64,000 nt of DNA, taken from Candidatus Bathyarchaeota archaeon (GTDB taxonomy: Archaea; Thermoproteota; Bathyarchaeia; Bathyarchaeales; Bathycorpusculaceae). Below the pieces are notes generated by a model. The model was given only the letters and a program-made list of their open reading frames with translations. It searched no databases and was not told the origin of the DNA. The stretch covers positions 1,216,001 through 1,280,000 of the forward strand of contig OY969706.1 of the NCBI GenBank assembly GCA_963702095.1, in the 5' to 3' direction. The position numbers and the translations under genes were made by a program. Of the stretch, positions 21,309-30,165 are shown in pieces (within the stretch, counting starts at the first letter, position 1; each line of letters starts with the position of its first letter).

Positions 21309-21689
21309 ATGAAACTATGGAAAGTACTTGGGTACATTTTTGTTCTCTTAGGAACCGCTGTTTTCTTCTACGGTTTTTTCATAGGGTTGACTGATGCAAT
21401 TAATCCCTCTTCTGCCCTGATTTTCGGGGGGGCCTTAGATTTGTCGATGGATTCTTTTTTCTCGGTTCTTTGGGCTTCCATAGGTTCTTGGATGATATTG
21501 GCAACAATCATGTTCGCTATCGGTGGAATTGGATTAATTCTTGGTAGAAGCCCAAAAAAAGACGAAATACCGCCTAATCAAGCCATTAATTCCCGTCTCG
21601 ATGAACTGGAAAGAAACATGGGGCAAAATTTTGAAGTACTCTCGAAGAGGCTTGAGGAAATCGAACGAAAACAAAATGCAGGCGCTTGA
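21309..21689 (+). CDS. hypothetical 2-TM protein with C-terminal coiled coil
   Basis: Two hydrophobic helices then heptads. Confidence 0.7.
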   Translation: MKLWKVLGYIFVLLGTAVFFYGFFIGLTDAINPSSALIFGGALDLSMDSFFSVLWASIGSWMILATIMFAIGGIGLILGRSPKKDEIPPNQAINSRLDELERNMGQNFEVLSKRLEEIERKQNAGA

Positions 21690-21802
21690 CTCACCATTAG
21701 CGGGCGCATCCTCGTGGCAACTTTAACACCACCTAAAGCGGCGCGGTAGATGACTTTTTGGTTAGCCAACTTCTGCCATTTTATTAGCAAAATGAGAATC
21801 AG

Positions 21803-21906
21803 CTGGTCTGCTTGCGGAATCCGCCACAACCAGCCGGCAACCCCCCGCAGACGCAGACGCCAAAACAAAGCCGCCGGCTAAGCCTTCTGGCTGTTGTTGT
21901 GTATAG
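21803..21906 (+). repeat. dispersed intergenic repeat family A, copy 1
   Basis: Core cttgcggaatccgccacaacca matches 30022-30043 at 21/22 nt. Confidence 0.75.
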
Positions 21907-22031
21907 GGGTTCTCCACTACAACTACTACTGAATAAAGCGTTATGCGGCTAAACTCATGATTGACAGAAAATCCTTATCCGTTATTCTTATAAACCTACG
22001 CTAGTATTTACTTCTGTCACCTCAAAAATGG

Positions 22032-22109
22032 GGGCCGGTAGCTCAGCACGGCTGGAGCGTTCGACTGATAATCGAAAGGTCGGCAGTTCGAATCCGCCTC
22101 GGCCCACCA
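22032..22109 (+). tRNA. tRNA-Ile(GAT), CCA encoded
   Basis: Acceptor GGGCCGG/TCGGCCC, TTCGA-CT GAT AA-TCGAA, T-loop TTCGAAT. Confidence 0.95.
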
Positions 22110-22188
22110 TTCCCACTTATCTCGCCTTTTACCCTAAAAACCGTAAACGCTATTAACAATCGTGGCTCATAAGGGCAGTCGATCCAAC

Positions 22189-22575
22189 ATGAATGGAAAG
22201 CTCCTGACTGTGATTTTTGTTGCCGTTGTTTTGATTGTGGCAACAGTTTTAGTCGTTTCCTTCATGAACACCCCTTCTGAGCACTCCGAGCCCTCGCCAT
22301 TGTTCACTGTCACTGGTAAACAGCAGCAAACCAGCGCCACATCGGGAGAATACCAAGTTATCAGTTGGAACTTCGCCTTCGCTTATACCGGTGCAAAAGC
22401 ACTACAGAACGTCAACCTATACCTAAACAATGGAGACATGCCTTTCAAAACTGTTCCGTCGGTAACCCAAGGTTGGACTTACGAGTACATTTGGACACCG
22501 GGCGACATCGGCGCAAACGCTACAATAACTGTTTCATGGCAGGGCGGAACAGAACAATATGACTTTCAACCCTAG
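22189..22575 (+). CDS. membrane-anchored Ig-like hypothetical protein
   Basis: N-terminal TM, all-beta body. Confidence 0.7.
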   Translation: MNGKLLTVIFVAVVLIVATVLVVSFMNTPSEHSEPSPLFTVTGKQQQTSATSGEYQVISWNFAFAYTGAKALQNVNLYLNNGDMPFKTVPSVTQGWTYEYIWTPGDIGANATITVSWQGGTEQYDFQP

Positions 22576-22594
22576 TCAGTTTCAATAGCCTGGA

Positions 22595-23734
22595 TTAATC
22601 CTGTTTTCTTTGCTTCTTTTTCGGGGACTTAAATTTAATATCAAACTCTATGCTGCCCTCTTCTGCGCTGAAAACCAGTTTTTCCTCCTCTTGCTGGGGC
22701 GGTTGTGGTGCTTTTTGGAGCTGAGTTGACTCAAAGGGCACTTGCTCTCCAACCACTTCCTGCTCAGGTTTAATCGTTTCTTTTACTGTTTTAACCACAT
22801 CCTCTTTGGTCACTTCCTCAATCCTTTCGCCTACTTTCTGCAGGGGCTCAACGATTTTTTGCACTGAAGCAGGCAGATGCAGCTTTGCGTGGGTGCCCAT
22901 GGTTGTAGCGTAAACCTTTGATACCTCCGCGCCGAAAAGCACGATTTGGTTGAGAACAAAAATCCAAAGCAAAATGATCAGAAGAGACCCTGCTGCGCCT
23001 GCAACGGTGGTTACAGTGAAGGTTTGGATATAGGCTCCAAAGACATAGTTGGTTACGGTAAACGCGATGCCTGTGACTACTGCGGCTAAAGCGACGTCTC
23101 GCCAGTGTACTTTGGCTTCGGGAATCATCTTGTAGATAATCGCTAAGAGGAAGGTAACTACTGCGAAGGACAAAAATATCTGGGCTATAGTTAAGCCTAT
23201 GAAGGTTAAGAACGCGTTGATGGAATACTGGGATAGGGCATTGTAGAGGGTTCCAGCAAAGTCAGTCCACAGAATCACAATCAACCCCAAAGAGGACACG
23301 ATGGCAAACGGCACAATCTTCTGTCTCACACGCTTCCAAATCGGCAGCCCCTTAGGCAAAGTGACTTCCCAGATGCAATCCATAGCGTCACGAAGAACCG
23401 AAAAAGCGCCGATTGCCCCGCCGATGGAAAACCCGATAACCACTATAGCAGTCCAAGCCGACGTAAAAGGTGACCCTGTACTTACGATTAATTGGCTAAA
23501 AAGCTGAGCAACAGCGGGTCCCACCACCGCGGTGATTTGCTGCACAAGGATTTGTATGGCTTGCTCTTGACCTAAAAAAACGGCGAAGAGCGACGTTACA
23601 AGTAAAAGCAGGGTAGGCAAGGGAAGAATTATAAAAAATGTCAGTGCCGCAGCTCTGATCGTGGCATTGTCGTCTAGCCAATCGGTAAAGGCAGTTCTGA
23701 AAATACCGTAGAGTTCCTGTTTATTCATTTGCAT
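22595..23734 (-). CDS. YihY/virulence factor BrkB family membrane protein
   Basis: AAALTFF...P, IYKMIP, GAAGSLLIILLW...GAE. Confidence 0.9.
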   Translation of the reverse strand: MQMNKQELYGIFRTAFTDWLDDNATIRAAALTFFIILPLPTLLLLVTSLFAVFLGQEQAIQILVQQITAVVGPAVAQLFSQLIVSTGSPFTSAWTAIVVIGFSIGGAIGAFSVLRDAMDCIWEVTLPKGLPIWKRVRQKIVPFAIVSSLGLIVILWTDFAGTLYNALSQYSINAFLTFIGLTIAQIFLSFAVVTFLLAIIYKMIPEAKVHWRDVALAAVVTGIAFTVTNYVFGAYIQTFTVTTVAGAAGSLLIILLWIFVLNQIVLFGAEVSKVYATTMGTHAKLHLPASVQKIVEPLQKVGERIEEVTKEDVVKTVKETIKPEQEVVGEQVPFESTQLQKAPQPPQQEEEKLVFSAEEGSIEFDIKFKSPKKKQRKQD

Positions 23735-23883
23735 CCTTTTAGAAGTTGTATGCTTGAGGAATAAAGGTTTGAGCGTTAAGCATTGTTATATGTGTTTGTG
23801 ATGGTAAAGTTACAGTCACAGCAGCCAAGCGCCAATAGTTTTTTAAAGTCAACACAGAGAATAACTATTCAGAGGCTGAGTAT

Positions 23884-24264
23884 TTGACTAAAGAAGATGA
23901 AATGTTAGCTGAGTTAAAAAAAATCCGTGAAGCCTTAGAGAAAGCACCGCCGCCTGCGCCGCCAAAGGGATTATGGAATGAATTCAAAGATTTCCTGTCG
24001 AAATACAAGATTCTTGGATTAGCGGTTGCGTTTGTTTTAGGCTTGTATCTTGGCACGCTTGTTCAGGCGTTGGTCAGCAGCTTCATAATGCCGCTGATCG
24101 GTCTAGCGATTCCGAATGTAGATAATCTTGCAACCTACACTGTGACTTTTGGTAATCAGAACTTTACGGTCGGAGTGTTTTTTGTGGCGCTGATTACGTT
24201 CCTGATCGTAGCGTTCGTAGTGTTCTTGGTTGTTAAAGTCGCCAAGAAATGGAAAATAGACTAA
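23884..24264 (+). CDS. mscL: large-conductance mechanosensitive channel
   Basis: EFKDFL...LAVAFVLG...LVSSFIMPLIG, FLIVAFVVF. Confidence 0.85.
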   Translation: MTKEDEMLAELKKIREALEKAPPPAPPKGLWNEFKDFLSKYKILGLAVAFVLGLYLGTLVQALVSSFIMPLIGLAIPNVDNLATYTVTFGNQNFTVGVFFVALITFLIVAFVVFLVVKVAKKWKID

Positions 24265-24299
24265 GAACCTAAAAAAACAGGTTCCCTTTTCCCTTTCTT

Positions 24300-25367
24300 T
24301 TAAGCCCCTCTTATAGGCTGGTAAATGCAGTAGGGCTCTTCAGCCAAGACACTTCTATTTACCGATAATGCTCTGGCTCGGCAACCCCCACAGGCAGCCT
24401 TAAATTCGCAAGCACCGCATTTACCGGTCAGTAAATCATGATTGCGCAACTCAACAAACAAAGCAGACTCTTGATAGATTTCTCTAAAGCTCTTTCTCCT
24501 GATGTTACCTGCGGCAAGAGGCAAAAACCCACAGCCAAAAACATCTCCAACATGGGAAACAAAGCAGAAGCCGTTTCCCGCCATGCAGCCTCTGCCAACG
24601 GTTGGATGACCCGAAGACGCATGTGGTGTGACACCCTCTTCTTGGTGCTGAGATATTATGCGTGTGTATTGGGGTGCACAGGTTACTTTGATGGGAATCG
24701 GCGAGGACAAATTCATTTCGTAAACTGTTTGCAGCGTTGCTTCGTATTGGCTGGGAGCTATTTCCATCTCAACTTTTCCTCGTCCCGTCGGCACCAGCAT
24801 AAAGACATCCCATTCTGTAGCGCCTAAACCCACCGCCAACTGTAACATCTTGGGCAAATCCTCCAAGTTATGTTTGGTAACTGTTGTGTTGATTCTAAAC
24901 GGCAAATCCCCCGCTTTGGCATAGGTGATGTTTTGCATGGCTAAATCAAACGCACCCTCCACTCTCCTAAAGGAATCGTGGATTTCTGCGTTGGAGCCAT
25001 CGAGGCTAACTGAAATCATCTTTACGCCTGAAGCCTTCATCCTGTCGATAACCTTTGGGATGATGTCGCTTCCGCTCGGAGACATAACCACCTTGATGCC
25101 CAACTTAGTTGCGTAGGCGGCTACTTCAAAGATGTCTTTGCGCTGGAGAGGGTCGCCGCCACTGATGATTAGGATTGGTTTGCAGAATTCGGCGATTTGA
25201 TCCATGAGGTTGAGGGCTTCTTGGGTGGTGAGTTGGTTGGGGTCGGCTTGTTTTTGGGCTTGGGCGCGGCAGTGACGGCAGGCGTAATTGCAGGCTCTGG
25301 TGGATTCCCATGCAATTACTCGGGGTGCCACAGATTGGCTTTGATGGATTGCTGCCATGTTGGGCAT
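24300..25367 (-). CDS. ahbD: radical SAM/SPASM heme b synthase AhbD-like
   Basis: WESTRACNYACRHCRA, FMLVPTGRG, TCAPQY, RGCMAG, SPASM cysteines; cluster context. Confidence 0.8.
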   Translation of the reverse strand: MPNMAAIHQSQSVAPRVIAWESTRACNYACRHCRAQAQKQADPNQLTTQEALNLMDQIAEFCKPILIISGGDPLQRKDIFEVAAYATKLGIKVVMSPSGSDIIPKVIDRMKASGVKMISVSLDGSNAEIHDSFRRVEGAFDLAMQNITYAKAGDLPFRINTTVTKHNLEDLPKMLQLAVGLGATEWDVFMLVPTGRGKVEMEIAPSQYEATLQTVYEMNLSSPIPIKVTCAPQYTRIISQHQEEGVTPHASSGHPTVGRGCMAGNGFCFVSHVGDVFGCGFLPLAAGNIRRKSFREIYQESALFVELRNHDLLTGKCGACEFKAACGGCRARALSVNRSVLAEEPYCIYQPIRGA

Positions 25368-25368
25368 T

Positions 25369-26502
25369 TTAGGATCCTACTTCCTGCTCGGTTAAGTAGC
25401 ATGCAGGGTCAGGAGCCCACACATCCCCGTATACGGCTTCGGCGCGGACTCGCAGATTGCCGTTGCAAACTTCGAGAAAGTGGCATCCATGGCATTTCCC
25501 TTTTAAATGCGCTTTGCGGTTTCTGAGGGCAACTAACATGGTTTCATTGTCTGTCCAGATTTCGCTGAATTTACGTTCCCTAACATTGCCTAAGGCATAG
25601 TGACGCCAGAACTGGTCTGGATACACATTTCCTTGGGGGTCAATGCATCCTATGCCTACGCCGGAACTGTTGCCCCCATTGACTTTGAGGAGTCCCAGCG
25701 CGTTTTGGGCTTGGCTGGGGCTTTTTTCTTTCAGTTTTAAGTAGAGGTAGGCGGCGTCGGCATGGTTGTCGACGGTTAAGATTTCAGTGGTTTGATGGAT
25801 TTTTTCTGCTTGAGCTAAAATGTAATCCATAAACGCCCTTGTCTGGGCATGGGTTAAGTCGTCGTTGACGATTAAGGAGCCCCGCCCAGCGTAGGCTAGG
25901 TGATAGAAGCAGACCCGAGGGATCTTCTCTGCCTCGATTAACTCGAAAATTCGGGGTAAATCATTTACATTATATTTTGTTACGGTGAAGCGTAGCCCCG
26001 GCTTTACCCCTGCCTTCTTGCAGTTTCGGATGCCCTCCATTGCCGCTTGGTATGCGTTGGTGCCTCCGCGGAATTTGTTGTTGGTTTCTTCTGCGCCGTC
26101 TAAGCTTACGCCGACATAAGAGAACCCTGCTTTCTTCAGTTTCTGGGCTACCGTGGCTGTGATTAGGGTGCCGTTTGTTGACAGCACTGCCCGAATGCCC
26201 TTGCCTGTAGCTAACGTGGCTAATTCAAAGAGGTCTTCTCTTAGGATGGGTTCGCCTCCGGAAAATAGCAGAACTGGCGCACCCAACACTCCGAGGTCCT
26301 CTATGAGCGCTTTAGCTTCTGTTGTGGTTAATTCGTTTGGGTAATGTTTGTTTTCAGCGTTGGCGTAGCAGTGGATACAGCGAAGGTTGCAACGTTGCGT
26401 GCTGTTCCAGACGACGACTGGTTTTTGATGGGTGGTGCTGCTGTAGCGGAGGTTATCCATCGAACCGGCGATGCCGCACCAGAGTTTGGTTATGTTCAAC
26501 AT
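25369..26502 (-). CDS. ahbC: radical SAM Fe-coproporphyrin synthase AhbC-like
   Basis: KPVVVWN...CNLRCIHCY, FYHLAYAGRG, LTVDNHAD, GGNSSG, PDQFW, CNGNLRVRA. Confidence 0.88.
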   Translation of the reverse strand: MLNITKLWCGIAGSMDNLRYSSTTHQKPVVVWNSTQRCNLRCIHCYANAENKHYPNELTTTEAKALIEDLGVLGAPVLLFSGGEPILREDLFELATLATGKGIRAVLSTNGTLITATVAQKLKKAGFSYVGVSLDGAEETNNKFRGGTNAYQAAMEGIRNCKKAGVKPGLRFTVTKYNVNDLPRIFELIEAEKIPRVCFYHLAYAGRGSLIVNDDLTHAQTRAFMDYILAQAEKIHQTTEILTVDNHADAAYLYLKLKEKSPSQAQNALGLLKVNGGNSSGVGIGCIDPQGNVYPDQFWRHYALGNVRERKFSEIWTDNETMLVALRNRKAHLKGKCHGCHFLEVCNGNLRVRAEAVYGDVWAPDPACYLTEQEVGS

Positions 26503-26993
26503 TTTGTTATCTCCTTGATTTTGGGAGTTTTGAGGTTTCGTTTGCTGTAAATGATGAGGTATTCGGTTAGGCTGGTTATGCTTGAGAGAAGCTTCACTAA
26601 TTCTATCACAGAGTCGCGGTCGTGGGCATGAATTACTGTGTAAATGTTGTAGTCCCACAACCCCATTACCGTTTCACGTTCATAACAGTGGGAAATGTCA
26701 CTGAAACCTGAAAAGTACACGCCGACTTCTTGCACTCGACTCTGCGGAACCTTCCAAGCAACCAACGCGTTGGCCAAGTATCCTACGCTATTGGGTTTGA
26801 GGGATATGCCGAACCTGCGGATAACGCCGTTTTCCTGCAGTTTTTTTAAGCGTTCAATAACCTCTTGGGTTGTGATGCCTATTTTGGATGCGATTTCGTC
26901 GAATGGCTGCGCGGTTAACAGCAGCCCTTTCTCTGCTTCAAAGACGAGTTTGCGGTCTACAGAGTCCATAATTGGTAACCTCGGGTTAGGCAA
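26496..26993 (-). CDS. ahbB: siroheme decarboxylase subunit AhbB-like
   Basis: Lrp-like HTH, NALVAWKV, SHCYER, YNIYTVIH. Confidence 0.85.
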   Translation of the reverse strand: MPNPRLPIMDSVDRKLVFEAEKGLLLTAQPFDEIASKIGITTQEVIERLKKLQENGVIRRFGISLKPNSVGYLANALVAWKVPQSRVQEVGVYFSGFSDISHCYERETVMGLWDYNIYTVIHAHDRDSVIELVKLLSSITSLTEYLIIYSKRNLKTPKIKEITKC

Positions 26994-27472
26994 GTTTGAA
27001 TCGGACGTTTATTTTAAAACAGTTTTTAGTGGGTAGGCTCAGCAGGTTCTTTAGGGGTACCGCGGCTTTTTGGGCAATCTCGTTTAAGGTTGCGTCCAAT
27101 TCGGTTTGGCTGGCGGCTTTGAGTGTAAACCATACGTTGTATTCGTGGTCTCGCTCATAGTTGTGTGAGACATTGCTGTATTGATTGATGACCTCTGCGA
27201 CTTCCTCAACCCTCTCATGAGGCACCTTCAACGCAACCAAGGTTGCGGCGGCGCATGCCTACTTTGGACTGGTTTAGGATGGCGCCGATTTTTTGGGTTA
27301 CACCTTGTTGATTTAGGCGTTCTATGCGGTTTAGTACTTCGGTTTCTGTAAGGTTTAGTTTGTCGCCAATCGTTTTGTAGGGTTGGGGGGTTAGTGGGAA
27401 ACTGTCTTGGAGGATTTGGATTAGTTGCCTATCAATCATATCCAAGTTTGAGGTGTCTTGGGGGGTTACCAT
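26986..27472 (-). CDS. ahbA: siroheme decarboxylase subunit AhbA-like, +1 frameshift near 27252
   Basis: LQDSFPLTPQPY N-half plus TLVALKVP...SHNYERDHEYNVWFT C-half in the adjacent frame. Confidence 0.82.
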
Positions 27473-27530
27473 AATTTTTCACCGGTTACTTGCTTGCTGC
27501 TGCGCCGTTAGTTCAAGCATGTTTATTGTG

Positions 27531-27604
27531 GTTTACTTCTATAGTAAACGTATTAACATTGCGGAAAACTTAACACAAAATCGTTTAGTTGCGGATTAAG
27601 CAAC
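27531..27604. promoter_or_regulatory. palindromic operator-like sites upstream of ahbA
   Basis: GTTGC-N7-GCAAC (27588-27604), second TTGCGGA at 27559, GTTTACT-N5-AGTAAAC (27531-27549). Confidence 0.5.
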
Positions 27605-27611
27605 ATAACGT

Positions 27612-28073
27612 TTACTCAAACAACTTAACCATCGAATCAACCTTCAAAAACCGAGTCGTAACCGACACACGCGCATCCTTAACCCCCAAAATCAACTTCG
27701 TCCGCCGCACAACATCATTTAAATGAGCCATATCGCGTGCAAAAATGACTGAAACAATATCATACTCCCCTGTACTCTGAAAAAGATAAACCGTTTCATT
27801 GAAGGTTGTTAACTGTTTACAGGCTTTCTCCAGATGGGCTGGGTCAATTTTTAGCAGGATTGCTCCACTTACAGTGTATCCCACTTTGGCGGGGTCCACT
27901 ATAGCGGCGAAGTGGGTGATGACTTTTTCGTCTTGGAGGCGTTTGACTCGGAATCTTATGGTGGTTTCGGCGGTGTTTAGTTTGCGGCTGAGGTCTGCGA
28001 AGGATACTCTGCCGTCTTGTTGGAGGGTTTTGAGGATTTGTTTGTCGAGGTCGTCTAGTGCTGTGGTGGTCAT
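27612..28073 (-). CDS. Lrp/AsnC family transcriptional regulator
   Basis: LDDLDKQILKTLQQDGRVSF HTH; TGEYD RAM domain. Confidence 0.92.
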   Translation of the reverse strand: MTTTALDDLDKQILKTLQQDGRVSFADLSRKLNTAETTIRFRVKRLQDEKVITHFAAIVDPAKVGYTVSGAILLKIDPAHLEKACKQLTTFNETVYLFQSTGEYDIVSVIFARDMAHLNDVVRRTKLILGVKDARVSVTTRFLKVDSMVKLFE

Positions 28074-28099
28074 TTGTGGTACAGCTTAGTTATTCGTTG

Positions 28100-28265
28100 T
28101 TACTGTTTTATAGAAATTTCTGTGTGCTGGGTTGTTTGGGTCGGTTGGGTTTTGTTGGGGGCAGTATGATTGGTGTGTTTGTGGTTTGGGGTTTGTAGTT
28201 TTTTAGTCCTGTTATGATTAGGTGTTCGATGAAGGTGCTTCTTTTTTCTCTGCCGCGCATGGTTA
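28100..28265. repeat. strand-biased (G/T-rich) low-complexity intergenic tract
   Basis: Composition like repeat families A/B, but no clear alignment by eye. Confidence 0.25.
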
Positions 28266-28369
28266 TGCTTATGTTGTGCTTCAACCCGTAGCCCTCTTAC
28301 ACGCAGTATATTTGGTATACAGAAAAGCTTTGTTAGCTTTCCTATACAAAATAGCACACGGTCTTTCCC

Positions 28370-28807
28370 ATGAAAACTTTACGCATATCCGACGACGCCC
28401 ACCAAAAACTAACCGCCATGCTAGGCGAAATAACCGCCCAAACCATGAAAATGCAAACCTACACCGACGCCATAGAAAACATGCTCTCCACCAGCATCTC
28501 CCTCCCCCCACAACTCCTAAACGAAACCCAAACCTTCATAGAAGCAAACCGCAACCTCGGCTACAACAGCCGCGAAGAATTCATCCGCGACGCCATCCGC
28601 AAACAACTCCGCACACTAAAAGAAGAATACACCTGCATCGAAGTCCCCAAAGACGAATACGAACGGATGCAACAAGCCCTCCAAGATTTAGACACCGACT
28701 TTTTGAGTGTAGACGACTTCATCAATCAGCAAATCCATAGCCTCCTAGCCAAACACCAAGAGATGCTAAAAGAAAAAGAGGCTTACGAACGCAAAACAAC
28801 ACAGTAA
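28370..28807 (+). CDS. ribbon-helix-helix (CopG-like) protein with tandem RHH units
   Basis: KTLRISDDAHQKL; ISLPPQLL...GYNSREEFIRDAIR; IEVPKDEY...SVDDFI. Confidence 0.75.
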   Translation: MKTLRISDDAHQKLTAMLGEITAQTMKMQTYTDAIENMLSTSISLPPQLLNETQTFIEANRNLGYNSREEFIRDAIRKQLRTLKEEYTCIEVPKDEYERMQQALQDLDTDFLSVDDFINQQIHSLLAKHQEMLKEKEAYERKTTQ

Positions 28808-28981
28808 ACTATCTCTGCTGTCTTTAACTATTGTGTTTTCAACGTTTAAAGCGCGTTAACCTCCTTTTGCGGAGAGCGAACTTGGTTTTCAGGTATACAA
28901 TCGTCTAAGCCCTATCTATGCGGTTGCCGCGAACGGTTTATATTAAACAGACTTCAAATTAACTCAGAGGAGCAGAATTGT

Positions 28982-29305
28982 ATGAGCACTGAACCTTTTC
29001 ATGTAACAGACGCCAATTTTGAACAGACAATTAAATCGAACAAGTTAGTGTTGGTGGATTTTTGGGCTAACTGGTGTGGTCCCTGCCGAGCCTTGGCACC
29101 CACCATCACAGAAATAGCACAAGAATACAGCGGCAAAGTCATCATAGGCAAACTCGACGTCGACGAGAACCCTCAGACAGCAGAGAAATTCCAGGTTTTC
29201 AGCATCCCAACCCTGATTGTCTTCAAAGATGGGCAGGAAGCAGACCGCCTTGTAGGGTTATGCCCCAAAAACCGCATCACCGCTGCATTAGCAAAACAGC
29301 AGTAA
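28982..29305 (+). CDS. trxA: thioredoxin
   Basis: DFWANWCGPC, SIPTL. Confidence 0.95.
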   Translation: MSTEPFHVTDANFEQTIKSNKLVLVDFWANWCGPCRALAPTITEIAQEYSGKVIIGKLDVDENPQTAEKFQVFSIPTLIVFKDGQEADRLVGLCPKNRITAALAKQQ

Positions 29306-29309
29306 GGCC

Positions 29310-29936
29310 TTAGGCACCCTTCATTTTTTCATACATTTTCTCAAAAGTCCAGCGTATGCTAGATTTGAGTTCTTTTAAGCGTTCCTCGTCCACGTTTTTG
29401 ATGATGATTTCACGGATTAAATCACCTTCACGGACGATATTGTAGCTAAACATTTTCTCCGGCGTCAACTGGCCCAGTCTAACAAGTTCTTTGTCTTTCT
29501 CCTGCATCTTAGCAAACACTTTCTCCACCAAAAAATTGCTAAACGGCGGCGTGTTGACGCTGAAGTTTTTGCTTTCGTCGGGCATAACATGGATCGAGTG
29601 CTTCTCAAAATACATCAAAGCGAGAGGTTCTTCAGCCATGGTTTTGAGGGGTATGACCGTTTCTGCTTCTGCCGCGGGGGTTGATGGCGGTTCAACTGTG
29701 GGTTTGGCTGGCGGGGCAGCTTGTTTGGGCAGCACCACTTCCTGTTGCAGCACAACAGGCGGAACCGCGACTTCTTTTATGTCGCCGCGTTTGAAACCTT
29801 TCTCAAGCAAAATCGTGTTAACCGTATCCAGTGTAGCCTGGACTTCTTGAGTTTCAGCCGTGAGCCTGTCAAGCTGGTCTTCTAAGCGTTTCTTGAAAGC
29901 AATCATAGCCTTCATTTTTTCAGAGTCTTGAGCCAA
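29310..29936 (-). CDS. hypothetical protein (N-terminal coiled coil, Pro linker, alpha/beta domain)
   Basis: Probable TTG start at 29936; downstream of lig on the same strand. Confidence 0.75.
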   Translation of the reverse strand: MAQDSEKMKAMIAFKKRLEDQLDRLTAETQEVQATLDTVNTILLEKGFKRGDIKEVAVPPVVLQQEVVLPKQAAPPAKPTVEPPSTPAAEAETVIPLKTMAEEPLALMYFEKHSIHVMPDESKNFSVNTPPFSNFLVEKVFAKMQEKDKELVRLGQLTPEKMFSYNIVREGDLIREIIIKNVDEERLKELKSSIRWTFEKMYEKMKGA

Positions 29937-30006
29937 ACCAATACACCCGCACACTACTAGCAATAGGTACTTTATCAGTTTAACCCTTCTTGCACTGAAT
30001 GCATAA

Positions 30007-30135
30007 CAAATGAGCGCTCTACTTGAGGAATCCGCCACAACCAACCAGAAACTCCCCTCTCAGCCAAACACCAAAACACAACCGCCCGCCAGGCCCCTAA
30101 GAAGAAGATGAGCAAGGGCGGCCCTCTCTTCTTCT
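30007..30135 (+). repeat. dispersed intergenic repeat family A, copy 2 (with 3' hairpin)
   Basis: Core cttgaggaatccgccacaacca; terminal AGAAGAAGA...TCTTCTTCT inverted repeat. Confidence 0.78.
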
Positions 30136-30165
30136 AATACTAAAAAAACAGATACCGATAAAGCG

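Noticed and set aside
19889-22031. Integrated element between tRNA-Arg and tRNA-Ile
   Set aside because: No integrase and no duplicated tRNA 3' end (att site) seen
15576-28907. Exact 14-mer TATACAATCGTCTA at 15576 and 28894, both intergenic
   Set aside because: Several chance 14-mer matches are expected in 64 kb; non-palindromic, only two copies, unrelated flanking genes
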